Source: Candidatus Aminicenantes bacterium (lineage in GTDB: Bacteria > Acidobacteriota > Aminicenantia > Aminicenantales > JAFGBC01). Taken from it: a DNA stretch of 64,000 nucleotides. The position numbers were made by a program, and so were the translations under genes. The notes beneath the pieces were generated by a model. That model was not told the origin of the DNA. It ran no database searches and worked only from the letters and a program-made list of their open reading frames with translations. Where the stretch lies: contig OY969696.1 of NCBI GenBank assembly GCA_963702005.1, positions 2,688,001-2,752,000 of the forward strand, written 5' to 3'. Below are positions 20,366 through 31,126 of this stretch, piece after piece. Position 1 is the stretch's first letter. Every line of letters begins with the position of its first letter.

Positions 20366-21082
20366 TTACTTGCTGACCTCCAGGGAGATGAGGTTCCTGC
20401 GCTGGATGCGAAAGCCGGGCGGAGGCATTTGGTTGACGATGATCCCCGGCTCCCAGCCCGGATAAGAGACGTAGCGGATATCGGAAACTTTGAAGTCCAT
20501 GCTCTTCAGTCGCTCGACCACGGAGGCGGCCTTTTTATAGATCAGGTCGGGCATCAGGAATTTCAATTCGCGCTCGCCCTGGCTGACCAAAAGTCCGACG
20601 GCCGTGTTATGCGGAACCTCGGTCAAGGCGGCCGGCTGCTGGGCCAGGATCCGACCGGCCGGAAAAAGGGAGGTGTGGATCTGGGTCATCCGGCCCCTGA
20701 CGAGCCCGGTCTCCTTGAGGATATCGACCGAGGCCTCGATGCTCCGCCCCTCGAGCTTGGGGACGAGGACGATCTCGCTGCCGGCGCTGAGGAGGACCCG
20801 GACCACTTGATGGACGCGGATCCGAGAGCCGGCCGAAGGCTCCTGGAAGATGACTTGGCCCCGCGCGTAGTCCCCGCTGGTCCGGACGCCGGACACGGAC
20901 AGCATCAATCCTTTCTTGGCGGCCTCGGCCCGGGCCGCTTCGATCGGGGTCCCGGTCCAATTGGGGAGCGTGACCATGTCCTGGCGGAGGATGATTTGGG
21001 AGGCGATGTTGGCGCCGAGGAAAAAAAGGTTGAGGGCGACGAGACAAACGATGACGGCCGTTAGAATTTTTGCTCGGGCCAT
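20366..21082 (-). CDS. PASTA-domain membrane protein
   Basis: N-terminal TM followed by three P.l.G..Q.P..G..VS repeats. Confidence 0.88.
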   Translation of the reverse strand: MARAKILTAVIVCLVALNLFFLGANIASQIILRQDMVTLPNWTGTPIEAARAEAAKKGLMLSVSGVRTSGDYARGQVIFQEPSAGSRIRVHQVVRVLLSAGSEIVLVPKLEGRSIEASVDILKETGLVRGRMTQIHTSLFPAGRILAQQPAALTEVPHNTAVGLLVSQGERELKFLMPDLIYKKAASVVERLKSMDFKVSDIRYVSYPGWEPGIIVNQMPPPGFRIQRRNLISLEVSK

Positions 21083-21214
21083 GATCTGTTCACGATCTGC
21101 GGACTACGTGTCATTTTTACCACAGAACCTAAACCAAGTAAACAGCCAAAACGTTCCCGCATTGATGGGCGGAGCCGCTTGCTTTATAATGAAGGCCTTC
21201 GAAGGAGCGCCCCC

Positions 21215-22249
21215 ATGAATCGCATCTCCGATTTCCGAAGCGACACCGTCACCCGGCCGACCGAGGCCATGCGGCGCGCCATGGCCGAGGCCTTGGTCGG
21301 AGACGACGTCCTGGGCGACGACCCGACCGTCCAAGAGCTCGAGGCGACGGCGGCGGCCGTCATGGGCAAGGAGGCGGCCCTCTATGTCCCGTCCGGGACG
21401 ATGGGCAACTCGATCGCCGTCAAAACCTGGACCCGCGAGCTCGAGGAAGTCATCGTCGAGGAGAAGGCCCACATCTACAACATGGAATCGACGCACATGA
21501 CCTTCATCTCGAGGGTGACGCCCCGCCCCCTCCGCTCGAACCGAGGGGCGATGGACCCCGACGACGTCCGGCGCAACATCCGCCAGGCTTCGGACCACAC
21601 GCCCCGGACTTCGCTCATCTGCCTCGAGAATACGCATAACAACTGGGGGGGCGCCGTCGTTCCCGTCGAAAACATGAAGGCCATCCGCAAGGTCGCCTTA
21701 GAACACGGCGTCAAGGTCCACATCGACGGCGCTCGGATCTTTAACGCCAGCCGGGCGTCGGGCGTCCCGGTCCGGGAGTACGCGTCGCTTTGCGATTCGA
21801 TCCAATTCTGCCTGTCTAAAGGCCTGTCGGCCCCGATCGGGTCCGTCCTGGTCTCGGACCGCGAAACCATCGTCCTGGCCCGGCGCCTGCGCAAGGCTTT
21901 GGGAGGTGGGATGCGCCAGGTGGGGGTCATCGCCGCCCCCGGCCTCATCGCGCTCACCCAAATGGTTGACAGGCTGGGCGAAGACCATGCCCGAGCCAAG
22001 CGTCTGGCCGACGCCGTCGCCGGACTTCCCGGCATCCGTCTGGATCCGGCCCTGGTCGAGACGAACATCATTCTATTCGAGTTCAAGCATCCCAAGCTGA
22101 CCCTCGCCCAATTCCTGGCAGGGCTCGAGCGGCGCGGCATCCTCGCCCTGGCCGTTTTTGGCGGGATCCGCTTCGTGACACACAAAGACGTGGACGACAA
22201 GGACGTGGAACGGGCGATCGCGGCCTTCCGTGAGATCTTGAAGAACTGA
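21215..22249 (+). CDS. ltaE: Low-specificity L-threonine aldolase
   Basis: DFRSDTVTRPT, GDDV, SGTMGN, HIDGARIFNA, CLSKGLSAP. Confidence 0.95.
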   Translation: MNRISDFRSDTVTRPTEAMRRAMAEALVGDDVLGDDPTVQELEATAAAVMGKEAALYVPSGTMGNSIAVKTWTRELEEVIVEEKAHIYNMESTHMTFISRVTPRPLRSNRGAMDPDDVRRNIRQASDHTPRTSLICLENTHNNWGGAVVPVENMKAIRKVALEHGVKVHIDGARIFNASRASGVPVREYASLCDSIQFCLSKGLSAPIGSVLVSDRETIVLARRLRKALGGGMRQVGVIAAPGLIALTQMVDRLGEDHARAKRLADAVAGLPGIRLDPALVETNIILFEFKHPKLTLAQFLAGLERRGILALAVFGGIRFVTHKDVDDKDVERAIAAFREILKN

Positions 22250-22277
22250 GCGGGCCGGCTCTGCGAAAAAAACCGCC

Positions 22278-23678
22278 ATGAACGAAAGGGCCCGATCAAG
22301 CCTCCTCTCCGTCCTCGAAGAACGCTATCGCGAGCGGACGAGGAAGAGTCTCGCCATCCACGAGCGCGCCCGCAAAGTCATGGTCCGGGGCGGAAGCCAT
22401 ACCCTCCGTCTCTGGCATCCTTTTCCGCTGAGCATGAGCCGCGCCCGCGGGCCCCTCATCTGGGACGCCGACGGCAACGCCTACATCGATTATTGGCAGG
22501 GCCACTACGCCAACATCCTCGGACACAACCCGGCCCTCATCAACGATGCCCTGCGGGCCGTTCACGAACGGGGCTCCCTCCACACCGGCTTCGAAGAGAC
22601 GACTCAGATCGAGCTGGCCGAGCTCATCATCCGGCAGCTCGGCGACCCCGACAGCCGGGTCCGGTTCACCACATCGGGGACGCTGGCGACGATGTACGCC
22701 GTCATGGTCGCTGAAGCCTACACGGGCCGGGACCTGGTCCTCAAGGTCGGGGGCGGCTGGCACGGAGCCTCGCCCTGCCTTCTCAAGGGAGTCAGCTACG
22801 ACAAGGACGAAGGGTTCGACCACGCCGACTCGGCGGGCGTTCCCCGCGACCTCACCCGGAAAACGCTCATCACCCGTTTCGACGACCTCGACGACCTGGG
22901 GAGGATTTTGAAGTCCAAGGGCGATCGGATCGCCTGCTTCATCCTCGAACCGTTCCTGGGCGCCGGCGGTTTCCTGCCGACATCCAAGGCCTATCTCGAA
23001 GAGGCCCGGCGTCTGACCGAGCGCCGCGGCATCGTTCTCATCTTCGACGAGATCGTCTCCGGATTCCGGTTCTGTCCATCGGGAGTCCAGACCCTCTACG
23101 GCGTAAGGCCGGATTTGTCCGCGTTCGGGAAGCTCATCGGCGGCGGTCATGCCGTGGCGGCCGTCGCTGGACGCGAGGAGATCATGAGCGTCTGCGAGCA
23201 GCCGTCCGCGGGAGGGCGACGGGCTTTCTTCGAAGGCGGGACATTCTCGGCTCACGCAGAATACATGGCGGCCGGGCTGGCCATGCTCAAGCATCTTATC
23301 GCCCAAGCCGGCGAGATCTTTCCTCATCTGGCGCGTCTGGGCGACCGATTGAGGCGCGGGATCGAGGCGGCCTTCGGCCAATCTGAGATTACGGCCATCT
23401 GCACGGGCGACGGCAACGAGGTTGTCCCCGGAAGCTCGCTGTTTTTCATCCACTTTCCCGGCAAAAAGGGCGCGCGACGCAATCCCGAAGACCTTCTCAA
23501 CCGGGCGATCTCGGACCTCGACCTCAGGGAGAGAATCCTCAAGCTGGCCCTTCTCAACGAAGGCGTCCACGTCATGCACGGAGGGGGGGCCGTTTCGACG
23601 GCTCACGGGGACGAGGATATCCAAAAGACGATCGACGCCTGCGCCGAGGTCGGCCGCCTGTTCAAGAAATACCTTTAG
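22278..23678 (+). CDS. Class III aminotransferase (glutamate-1-semialdehyde aminomutase-like)
   Basis: DADGNAYIDY, SGT.AT, LIFDEIVSGFR, FGKLIGGG, GTFS. Confidence 0.87.
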   Translation: MNERARSSLLSVLEERYRERTRKSLAIHERARKVMVRGGSHTLRLWHPFPLSMSRARGPLIWDADGNAYIDYWQGHYANILGHNPALINDALRAVHERGSLHTGFEETTQIELAELIIRQLGDPDSRVRFTTSGTLATMYAVMVAEAYTGRDLVLKVGGGWHGASPCLLKGVSYDKDEGFDHADSAGVPRDLTRKTLITRFDDLDDLGRILKSKGDRIACFILEPFLGAGGFLPTSKAYLEEARRLTERRGIVLIFDEIVSGFRFCPSGVQTLYGVRPDLSAFGKLIGGGHAVAAVAGREEIMSVCEQPSAGGRRAFFEGGTFSAHAEYMAAGLAMLKHLIAQAGEIFPHLARLGDRLRRGIEAAFGQSEITAICTGDGNEVVPGSSLFFIHFPGKKGARRNPEDLLNRAISDLDLRERILKLALLNEGVHVMHGGGAVSTAHGDEDIQKTIDACAEVGRLFKKYL

Positions 23679-26440
23679 GACGACAGTCCGGGACTTCCAG
23701 GTTCGGACCGGGACCGCCGCGTCTTGAGTTCTAGAACGCGGAGGTCGAATCGTCCGCAGGCGAGCTTGAATCCCAACGATTTGTCCCGGATTCCCAGGCA
23801 GACGATTCCGGAAGCGCGGTCCTCCCTAAAAAGCCCATCCTTCCAGATGACGCGGGATCCTTCGCGGACGACGCATCGGATTTCCGGGACTGGGACGAAG
23901 ACTTCGGCCTCGGCGCCGACCGGGATCTCCAGGCTCAGACGAAACACCCCCGGTCCCTTCCTCCAGGAAGAGCGGAGCTTGCCCCGGACCGTCATGATTT
24001 CCGCATCCAGCGAATGAAGTCCGTTGGGGATGAGAGGTTGGATCCGGACTCGGGCCCAGCCGGCCTCCAGACAGCGGATCCCGGCCAGATACTTGTAGAA
24101 CCAAGCATCCACGCTCCCGAGCATGATGTGGTTATGGGAATTCATCCCTCCGCCCGCCATCTTTTCCCACCGTTCCCAGAGCGTGGTTGCGCCTTCCTTG
24201 ATCATATAGCCCCAGCCCGGGTAACTCGTTTGGGTCGCGATGCGAAAGGCCGCCTCGCCGTGGCCGGAGTCGGTAAGAACGTCCAGTAAGTAGCGCGTGC
24301 CGATGATCCCCGTGTCGAGATGGTAATCCTGATCCTCGACAACGCTGCGCATCAGGGCGGCAATCACCGATAATTTGGCCTCGGCCGGAACCATATCGAG
24401 GGCCAACGGTAGGACTTGCGAGGTCTGGGATGGAACCCGGTCCAGGGGGGCGAAGCGGCGGCCCCTGTATTCGCCGTCGGCCAGGAATTCACGGTTGAAG
24501 GAATCCTTGATGACCTCCCCGCGCGCGGCATAATCACGGGCCTCTTCCTGCCTCCCCAAGGCCTTTGCCATCCGTGTGAACAGGACCGTGTCGTGGTATA
24601 AAAACCAGGTCGAGGTCAGTTCCAGTGGCGTTTTCTTGGGCGCGATACTCCCGGGCGGGCACCAATCCCCGTATTTTCCCAGGCTGCGCAAGACCCCGCT
24701 ATCCGAATTCCTCCACAGAAAATCGACGTATTTTTTCAGGCTCTCGCGGCTGCGCTCCAGGACGCGCGCGTCCGCGTAAAACCAATACAGCAGCCAGATC
24801 AGGATCGCGAAAGCCGAACCCCAGGCCGGGTCGGCCGGATAGAGCCGGCTGAGGTAGGGCGGGACGGCATCGGGGAGGCTTCCGTCCGCCCGCTGGGCGA
24901 GCCGAATGTCGTCGACGAACTTGGCCCAAAAAGCCGCCATGTCGAAATTGAAGGCCGCCTGTTCAGCCGCCAGGTGCGCGTCTCCCAGCCAACCTTGGCG
25001 CTCGTCCCGCTGGGGACAGTCGGTCGGGATGCTCATCAGGTTGGAGCGCTGTCCCCAAAGGATAGCGGCGTGAATCCGGTTCAGCAGGGAATGGGATGAC
25101 CGGAAGCGTCCCGTCGCCTCGAGATCGGAATGGACGACTCGGCCCTCGACGCTCTTGAGGCCGGTCCGGGCCGCCTCGCCGGATATTTCGACGTAGCGGA
25201 AGCCGTGGTAGCTGAAACGAGGCTCGTAGACCTCCGTCCCCTTGCCCTTGAGAATATAGGTATCGGTGGCCTCGGCATTCTGATTGGGAGCGGTGTTGAG
25301 GGAGCCGTCCTCATGGACGAGCTCGGCATGCCTGAGACGGACGGCCGACCCGCGCGCCCCGCGAACTTTGATCCGAACCCAGCCGGCGAAGTTCCGTCCA
25401 AAATCGTAAACTCGGACACCGGGCGCGATTATCCGGAAATGTCTGGGGCGCAGCGTCCGAACGACTCGGATGGGCGGCATGATCTGGGCCGCCAGAGCGG
25501 GACCGTCCGTTTCGACAGGACGTTCCCAGCTGCCGTCCGGGAAGCCGGGGCGGTCCCATCCGGGCTTCTCGAGCCGGGCGTCATAAATTTCCCCGAAATA
25601 GAGGCCGTTCTCCTTGAGCGCCCCTGCGGATCCTTTCCAGGATGCGTCCGAGACGACCCTCGTCATCGAGCCGTTGCGCCTCATGATCACGAGCTCGAGG
25701 AAGAGGCGGGGCGGCCCGTAGCCGTAGTAAGGGATATGGCGGCCGTTCCCGAGCATGACGCCGAAAGCGTTGCGCGGCTCGAGGAGTCCGGTCAGGTCAT
25801 AGGCCGCATAGAGGGCTTTGTGGGAATAATCCGTCCAGCCGGGATCGAGAACATGGTTCCCGACCTTGCGGCCGTTCAAGCCCAACTCATAGCACCCCAG
25901 CCCGCAGACATAGGCGGTCGCTCGGACGACATCCCGGGGGGCTTCGAATTCTTTTCTCAGGTAAACGGCATGAGGCTGGAGGACATCGCCCAGGTATTCA
26001 CCCAGCAAGGTGGTCCCTTTCGTCCGGAACATCGGCGGATTCTTCAACGCGATCCAGCGGGCCGTCCAATCGCGGGGGTCGAGCGCCCCGGTGCCGAAAG
26101 AGGCCGTTTCCGAAAACGGGGATTGTTCTCCGGCTTCGTTCCACCAGCAGACCCGCCAGAAATAGCGGCGGAAGCTCAGAAGGGGAGGCCCGCCGTAGTC
26201 CGCCAAGGCGCTTCCGGGCCGCGCGATGCGGCCGCTGTCCCAGATATCTCCCCGGCCGCGTCGGGCCAGGGCCTCCGACGAAGAGACGAGAACCCGGACG
26301 GCGGCCGGCCGTTCGCCGCGCCGCTCGGACTCAAGATGCCAGGAGAATCGCGGCCGGGGCAGGTCGACCGCGATGGGACTCCTGACATATTCGGTGCGGA
26401 GGCGCCGGGGGGTCCGAAGGAGCTGCTCGGCTTTTCTCAA
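23675..26440 (-). CDS. Alpha-L-rhamnosidase (GH78)
   Basis: PTDCPQRDERQGWLGD, YGDWCPP, GATTLWERW, SHNHIMLG; TTG start overlaps the upstream TGA. Confidence 0.92.
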   Translation of the reverse strand: MRKAEQLLRTPRRLRTEYVRSPIAVDLPRPRFSWHLESERRGERPAAVRVLVSSSEALARRGRGDIWDSGRIARPGSALADYGGPPLLSFRRYFWRVCWWNEAGEQSPFSETASFGTGALDPRDWTARWIALKNPPMFRTKGTTLLGEYLGDVLQPHAVYLRKEFEAPRDVVRATAYVCGLGCYELGLNGRKVGNHVLDPGWTDYSHKALYAAYDLTGLLEPRNAFGVMLGNGRHIPYYGYGPPRLFLELVIMRRNGSMTRVVSDASWKGSAGALKENGLYFGEIYDARLEKPGWDRPGFPDGSWERPVETDGPALAAQIMPPIRVVRTLRPRHFRIIAPGVRVYDFGRNFAGWVRIKVRGARGSAVRLRHAELVHEDGSLNTAPNQNAEATDTYILKGKGTEVYEPRFSYHGFRYVEISGEAARTGLKSVEGRVVHSDLEATGRFRSSHSLLNRIHAAILWGQRSNLMSIPTDCPQRDERQGWLGDAHLAAEQAAFNFDMAAFWAKFVDDIRLAQRADGSLPDAVPPYLSRLYPADPAWGSAFAILIWLLYWFYADARVLERSRESLKKYVDFLWRNSDSGVLRSLGKYGDWCPPGSIAPKKTPLELTSTWFLYHDTVLFTRMAKALGRQEEARDYAARGEVIKDSFNREFLADGEYRGRRFAPLDRVPSQTSQVLPLALDMVPAEAKLSVIAALMRSVVEDQDYHLDTGIIGTRYLLDVLTDSGHGEAAFRIATQTSYPGWGYMIKEGATTLWERWEKMAGGGMNSHNHIMLGSVDAWFYKYLAGIRCLEAGWARVRIQPLIPNGLHSLDAEIMTVRGKLRSSWRKGPGVFRLSLEIPVGAEAEVFVPVPEIRCVVREGSRVIWKDGLFREDRASGIVCLGIRDKSLGFKLACGRFDLRVLELKTRRSRSEPGSPGLSS

Positions 26441-27912
26441 GACGGGGTCGTGGCCTGGGCGAGGAAGTAATCGGAGACGTTGATCCCGTACTTGGTGGGC
26501 TCGAGAACGCGGACGATCGTTCGCTTGAAGCGCTTCGAGGACGGGTCGGTCTCGGTCAGGTCGACGGTATCGCCGTCGATCTTGTTGCCGTCCGCATCGG
26601 TCACGAGCTTGACTTTGGGCCGAAGCTGGAACTGGGGCTCGGGATTCGTGTCGATGACGATCGCCATCTCGCCGCTGTCCAGCAGGACGAAGCTCCCGAT
26701 CGGGTAGCGCCCCAGCATGCTGGCGAAGACCTTGAGGAGCAGAGGATGGAACTCGCTGCCGCTGCACTCGAGCATCTGGTCGAGGGCCTCGGCCCGGGTA
26801 TAGATCTTGGTCCGGTAGGCCCGTTTGGTCGTGATGGCGTCGAAGTAATCCGCGATCTTGACGATCTTGCTGAACAGATTGGCCTCCCGCTTCCGGAACG
26901 AAATCGGGTAACCCGCCTGATCCTCGCGGATGTGATGCTCGAGGGCGACGTGGATGGCTCGGAGCGGCAGGTTCCGGAATTCGCGGAGATGGAGGAGTTT
27001 CTCGGCGCCCTGTTGGGGATGTTTTTGCATGATGACCCGCTCCTCCGCGTCGAGTCCGCCCGGCTTCTCTAGAATTTCCTTGGGCGTGTCGAGTTTGCCC
27101 AGGTCGTGAAAGAAGGCGCTGATCCCCAGGTCCATGAGCTCGCTGCGCTGGAGGCCGATCCGCCGACCCAGGCCGACGGACAAAGCGCAGACGTTGACCG
27201 AATGGTTGAGGGTGTAATCGTCGTGGTTCTTGAGGTTCGTCAGCCCGTAGACGAACGATTCGTTGTCGACGATGTGGTTGTAGACGGACTGGACGAGCCG
27301 GCGCGAGGTCGCCAGGCGGATCTTGTCGTTGTGGCGGTCCCGCTCGAAGGAATCCTTGAGGTGGAGAATGCTCAGGAAGAAGATCTTGGCGGCGTTTTTC
27401 TCCTGGTCCATGCTGATTTCCGACAACGGGATCGGCTCGATATCGATCTTCTCAATCTGGGCCGCCTTGAGCTCGGCCGCCAGCTCGGCGAAGGACCGTT
27501 TGGAGCGGGCGTCCCGTTTGGCCAGGAGGAAGATGAAGCGGAGGAGCTCGGCTTCGTCGACGCCGGCATAAAAAATGATGCCGCCGATCTCTTTCCGCTT
27601 GAATTCATCCACCAGGAACTTGAAGATCATGTAGTTTTGGAAACCGAATTTGAGCCGCGTTCCGTTAAAGAACAGGGAGTTCTGGCGCAGGTTGAAGGTC
27701 GCCTCGGACTCCCGGCCGTGGATATCCTCCATGAGATTCCTGAGCTTCCGGGCCTGCTCATCGAAGGTGGTGTTGTTGGGCTCGAAGATCCGCGCGTTTT
27801 TATAAATAATGTGGAAGCGGACAAGAAGGTCGATGGCGCTCCGGACGACAGGCCGGAGCTCGGGCCGGGACGCCAGTCGGCGGATCGGTCTCCGCTTCGA
27901 CTCTTCGCTCAT
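26437..27912 (-). CDS. HD-GYP domain phosphodiesterase
   Basis: YTLNHSVNV, FFHDLGK, EHH..GYP, DYFDAITTKRAY. Confidence 0.88.
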   Translation of the reverse strand: MSEESKRRPIRRLASRPELRPVVRSAIDLLVRFHIIYKNARIFEPNNTTFDEQARKLRNLMEDIHGRESEATFNLRQNSLFFNGTRLKFGFQNYMIFKFLVDEFKRKEIGGIIFYAGVDEAELLRFIFLLAKRDARSKRSFAELAAELKAAQIEKIDIEPIPLSEISMDQEKNAAKIFFLSILHLKDSFERDRHNDKIRLATSRRLVQSVYNHIVDNESFVYGLTNLKNHDDYTLNHSVNVCALSVGLGRRIGLQRSELMDLGISAFFHDLGKLDTPKEILEKPGGLDAEERVIMQKHPQQGAEKLLHLREFRNLPLRAIHVALEHHIREDQAGYPISFRKREANLFSKIVKIADYFDAITTKRAYRTKIYTRAEALDQMLECSGSEFHPLLLKVFASMLGRYPIGSFVLLDSGEMAIVIDTNPEPQFQLRPKVKLVTDADGNKIDGDTVDLTETDPSSKRFKRTIVRVLEPTKYGINVSDYFLAQATTPS

Positions 27913-29792
27913 GACGCACCGGCCTCCGGAGGAGACGGCTTTTGCGCCTCATCCTGCGCGGGTCGGGCGGCCGGGACTGCCAAGGCTTCAAGGCAGGCCC
28001 GGCGGACCCTGAAATTTAAGAGACGGCCGCCCCGTTCGAGGGCCGCCCTGGCGCCGTCCGTCTTCATCAGCCCCAGGGCTTCGACGGCCAGCAGCCGGAG
28101 GCTTGTGACCTTGGGGGAAAACAGGGACGGCGTCATCAGGATGGATCGCAGATAGCCAAAAGCTTCATCCGTCCGGCTTTTTCCCAAGAAGGTATAGATG
28201 GCTTTCTGTTCGATCGGGCTTTTCTTCCGGAATTCCCGGGATTTGGCCTGATTGATCATTTGCTTGAGCCTGATCAGGTCGCCCATGTAGCGCAGACGGA
28301 GGGCGGCCCGGGTGCGGATCTCGGGGTCGGGATCTTTCATGAACTCGAGAATTATTTTATTGGCGGTGTCGTCTTCGAAGGCGCCCAGGGCGTCGATGGC
28401 TTCCATCTTGACGTCCTCGACCGTATAGCTCAGGAAGTTGGCGAAGAAGGGGATGACCTTCTTGTTCCCGAGATCGAAGAGCAGTCCGATGATCTCGCGG
28501 GTCAGGATGGGGCGATGGTCGTTGATGAGGCTGATAACGGGCCGGAAATCCTCGCGGGCCGATTCGCGGATACGGTCCAGGATCCGACGGCGAAAATCGA
28601 GGTTTTCGATCCGCTCATAGACATCGGCCAGGACCTGGAGGACGATCGGCCCGAACGTCCGCAGGAAGTCCATCAGGCCTTCCGGGAGCGCGATCTCCTG
28701 GCTCAAGATCTGGTTTTTAATGACCTCGAGAATCTTCTCGCTGCGCGTATTCTCGATGAATTCATCCAGGCGGATCTTCTTGGCCGCCTGGTTCTCCTGT
28801 TCGAATTGATCCCCGAGAAGACGGACCCTCTCGATAAGAAGCCGCGCCTGATCGTATTCGCCCCGCTGGACCATGTCCACGAAATGCTGTTCAAGAACCG
28901 ACACCGTCGATTGGAACATGGCAAAATTGTCCTCGAGGAACAGGATCTCGATCAGAAGGTCGATATATTCCTGGTGGGGCGGAAGTTCGCGGTTGGCCCG
29001 GATCATGAACTCGACCCGGTCGATCTCCTGCTCCTCGAGGGCGGCCTTGTGGAGAGGCGATTCCGGACCTCCCGAGTCCTCGGCCCGGCCGGCCGCCCTC
29101 TCCTCGACTTCCCGTATTTCGGTCTTCGACGTATCGGTCTGATCCAGCGGCGCGCTGTCTTCCGCGTCGAGCTCGATCCGCCCGGAGTTCAGTTTGTCAT
29201 TATCGACCTTGACCTCGACCGCGGACATGACGATCCCGTCCGACTCGAGGATGTGCATCTGCTGGACCCATTCGTCGCGTTCCCGGATGACCCGGGATTC
29301 CAAGAAATCGTCGGGCGCGAAGTACTGAATGCTCCCGAACTCCCGTTCCCAAAGGGCGTTGACGATATCGGCCTCGTCGGGAGACAGGAACGACTCCCGG
29401 CGGATGATCTCCAGGAACTCGATGATCTCCTGACGATCCAGCCCCGGATAGAAAAAGAGCATCTGCATCCCGTCCTTGAAGAAAAAGAAGGGGAGGCTGC
29501 GCAGAACGTGCTCATCGGTGTAGACCGGATCGCCGGCGAAGGTGAAACTTCGCTCTTGAATCCCAATTTCGATGGCGCCGTACTCATCTAAAAAGGATTT
29601 AAAGCGCTCGGCCAAGTCGTCGATGAGCCTCAGGACGGTGCTATGGTTGGCGGGAAAGATTTTCATGGAGGAAACGGCCTGGGACAGGATCTTCAGGATC
29701 TCCCGGATCCTATCGGCCGGCGAGCGGCCGAAAGGCCTGGCGGCCTCCTCGTTGAGAGGCGGGCTTTGATTCTTGACCTCTTCGGCACCCAT
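27909..29792 (-). CDS. HEAT-repeat protein
   Basis: C-terminal HEAT repeats (VKMEAIDALG, DPDPEIRTRAA); N-terminal domain resembles that of the adjacent HD-GYP protein. Confidence 0.75.
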   Translation of the reverse strand: MGAEEVKNQSPPLNEEAARPFGRSPADRIREILKILSQAVSSMKIFPANHSTVLRLIDDLAERFKSFLDEYGAIEIGIQERSFTFAGDPVYTDEHVLRSLPFFFFKDGMQMLFFYPGLDRQEIIEFLEIIRRESFLSPDEADIVNALWEREFGSIQYFAPDDFLESRVIRERDEWVQQMHILESDGIVMSAVEVKVDNDKLNSGRIELDAEDSAPLDQTDTSKTEIREVEERAAGRAEDSGGPESPLHKAALEEQEIDRVEFMIRANRELPPHQEYIDLLIEILFLEDNFAMFQSTVSVLEQHFVDMVQRGEYDQARLLIERVRLLGDQFEQENQAAKKIRLDEFIENTRSEKILEVIKNQILSQEIALPEGLMDFLRTFGPIVLQVLADVYERIENLDFRRRILDRIRESAREDFRPVISLINDHRPILTREIIGLLFDLGNKKVIPFFANFLSYTVEDVKMEAIDALGAFEDDTANKIILEFMKDPDPEIRTRAALRLRYMGDLIRLKQMINQAKSREFRKKSPIEQKAIYTFLGKSRTDEAFGYLRSILMTPSLFSPKVTSLRLLAVEALGLMKTDGARAALERGGRLLNFRVRRACLEALAVPAARPAQDEAQKPSPPEAGAS

Positions 29793-29849
29793 GGCGGCTT
29801 TGACGAAAAATAAACTCTGATTCAGGATAAAACAAAGGGGGCGGTCATT

Positions 29850-31124
29850 TCAACTCCCCGCGCGCCGCGAGAGGACATTGGCCTCGTAGAGACGGACCTC
29901 CTCCATCCAATCGGCGCCGGCCGGGACGCCGGCCCGGAGACAAAAGACGTCCCAGATCGAACCCCAGGGCAGGGCCTTGGTCTCCTCGAGGAGCGCCAGC
30001 CGGCCGAACAGGTCGCCCCGGGTTTCGGCGTCGCGGATGCGATCGGCCGGTTCGAGGAGCGCGATAAGAAGGGCCTTGAGGACGGCCCGGGCCCCGACAA
30101 CCCAAGCGCCGACCCGGTTCAGGCTGGCGTCAAAGTAATCAAGGGCGAAATGGACTCGCTCCAGGGCTTGCCCTCGGACGACCTCGTGGAGGACGCCCAG
30201 GACGTCCTCGTTGAGGATGACGACGTGGTCGCTGTCCCAGCGGACGGGGCGGCTCAGGTGGAGGAGAAGCTCTTGATGGATTTGGAGAATGGCCGAGATC
30301 TTGTCGGCCACGCTCTCGGTCGGATGGAAATGGCCGAGGTCGAGGCAGACCATCTTGCCCGTGGCCTGGGCGTAGCCGAGGTAGAACTCGTGGGAGCCGA
30401 CGACGTAGGATTCGCTCCCGATCCCAAACAGCTTGCTCTCGAGGGCGTCCTTCATCTGGAGCGGGCTGTAGTCCGTCTCGAAAATCTCGTCCAGGGATTC
30501 CTTGAGGAGGGCCCGGTGGCCCCAACGGTCGAACGGCGCGTCCTTGGAGCCGTCCGGGATCCACAGGTTGTGGAGGGACGGGCTGCGCAGCTCCCGGCCC
30601 AGGGCGGCGCTGATGCGGCGCGAGCGCTTGACGTGCTCAACCCAGAACTTGCGGACGTCCTTGTCGCGGTGGCTCAGGGTGAATCCCGAAGCGGCCCGAG
30701 GATGGTTGAAACAGGTCGAGTTGAAGTCGAGCTTGAGCCCCCGTTCCCGGGCCCATTCGATCCAACCCTTGAAATGGGAGGGCTCGATTTCGTTGCGGTC
30801 GACGGGGGCGCTCCCGAACTCGCCGTACATGGCGTGGAGGTTGACGCGATGGCGGCCCGGGATGAGTGCCAGGGCTTTTTCGAGGTCGGCCCGGAGTTCC
30901 TCGACGGTCCGGGCCCGGCCGGGGTGGTTTCCAGTGACCTGGATTCCGCCGTCCGCGGCCCGCCCCGCGAGCCGTTCGAACCCGGTCACATCGTCCCCTT
31001 GCCAGACGTGGAGCGAAACGGCGCAGCGTTCGAGGCGCTCCAGGGCCCGGTCCGGATCGACGCCGAACAGGGCGTAGCGCTCGCGGCCGGCCTCGTAGGC
31101 TTTCTCGACGGTTTTGGCAGCCAT
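29850..31124 (-). CDS. rhaA: L-rhamnose isomerase
   Basis: SLHVWQGDDV.GFE, ESKLFGIGSESYVVGSHEFY, DLGHFHPTE, RPVRWDSDHV. Confidence 0.97.
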   Translation of the reverse strand: MAAKTVEKAYEAGRERYALFGVDPDRALERLERCAVSLHVWQGDDVTGFERLAGRAADGGIQVTGNHPGRARTVEELRADLEKALALIPGRHRVNLHAMYGEFGSAPVDRNEIEPSHFKGWIEWARERGLKLDFNSTCFNHPRAASGFTLSHRDKDVRKFWVEHVKRSRRISAALGRELRSPSLHNLWIPDGSKDAPFDRWGHRALLKESLDEIFETDYSPLQMKDALESKLFGIGSESYVVGSHEFYLGYAQATGKMVCLDLGHFHPTESVADKISAILQIHQELLLHLSRPVRWDSDHVVILNEDVLGVLHEVVRGQALERVHFALDYFDASLNRVGAWVVGARAVLKALLIALLEPADRIRDAETRGDLFGRLALLEETKALPWGSIWDVFCLRAGVPAGADWMEEVRLYEANVLSRRAGS

Positions 31125-31126
31125 GA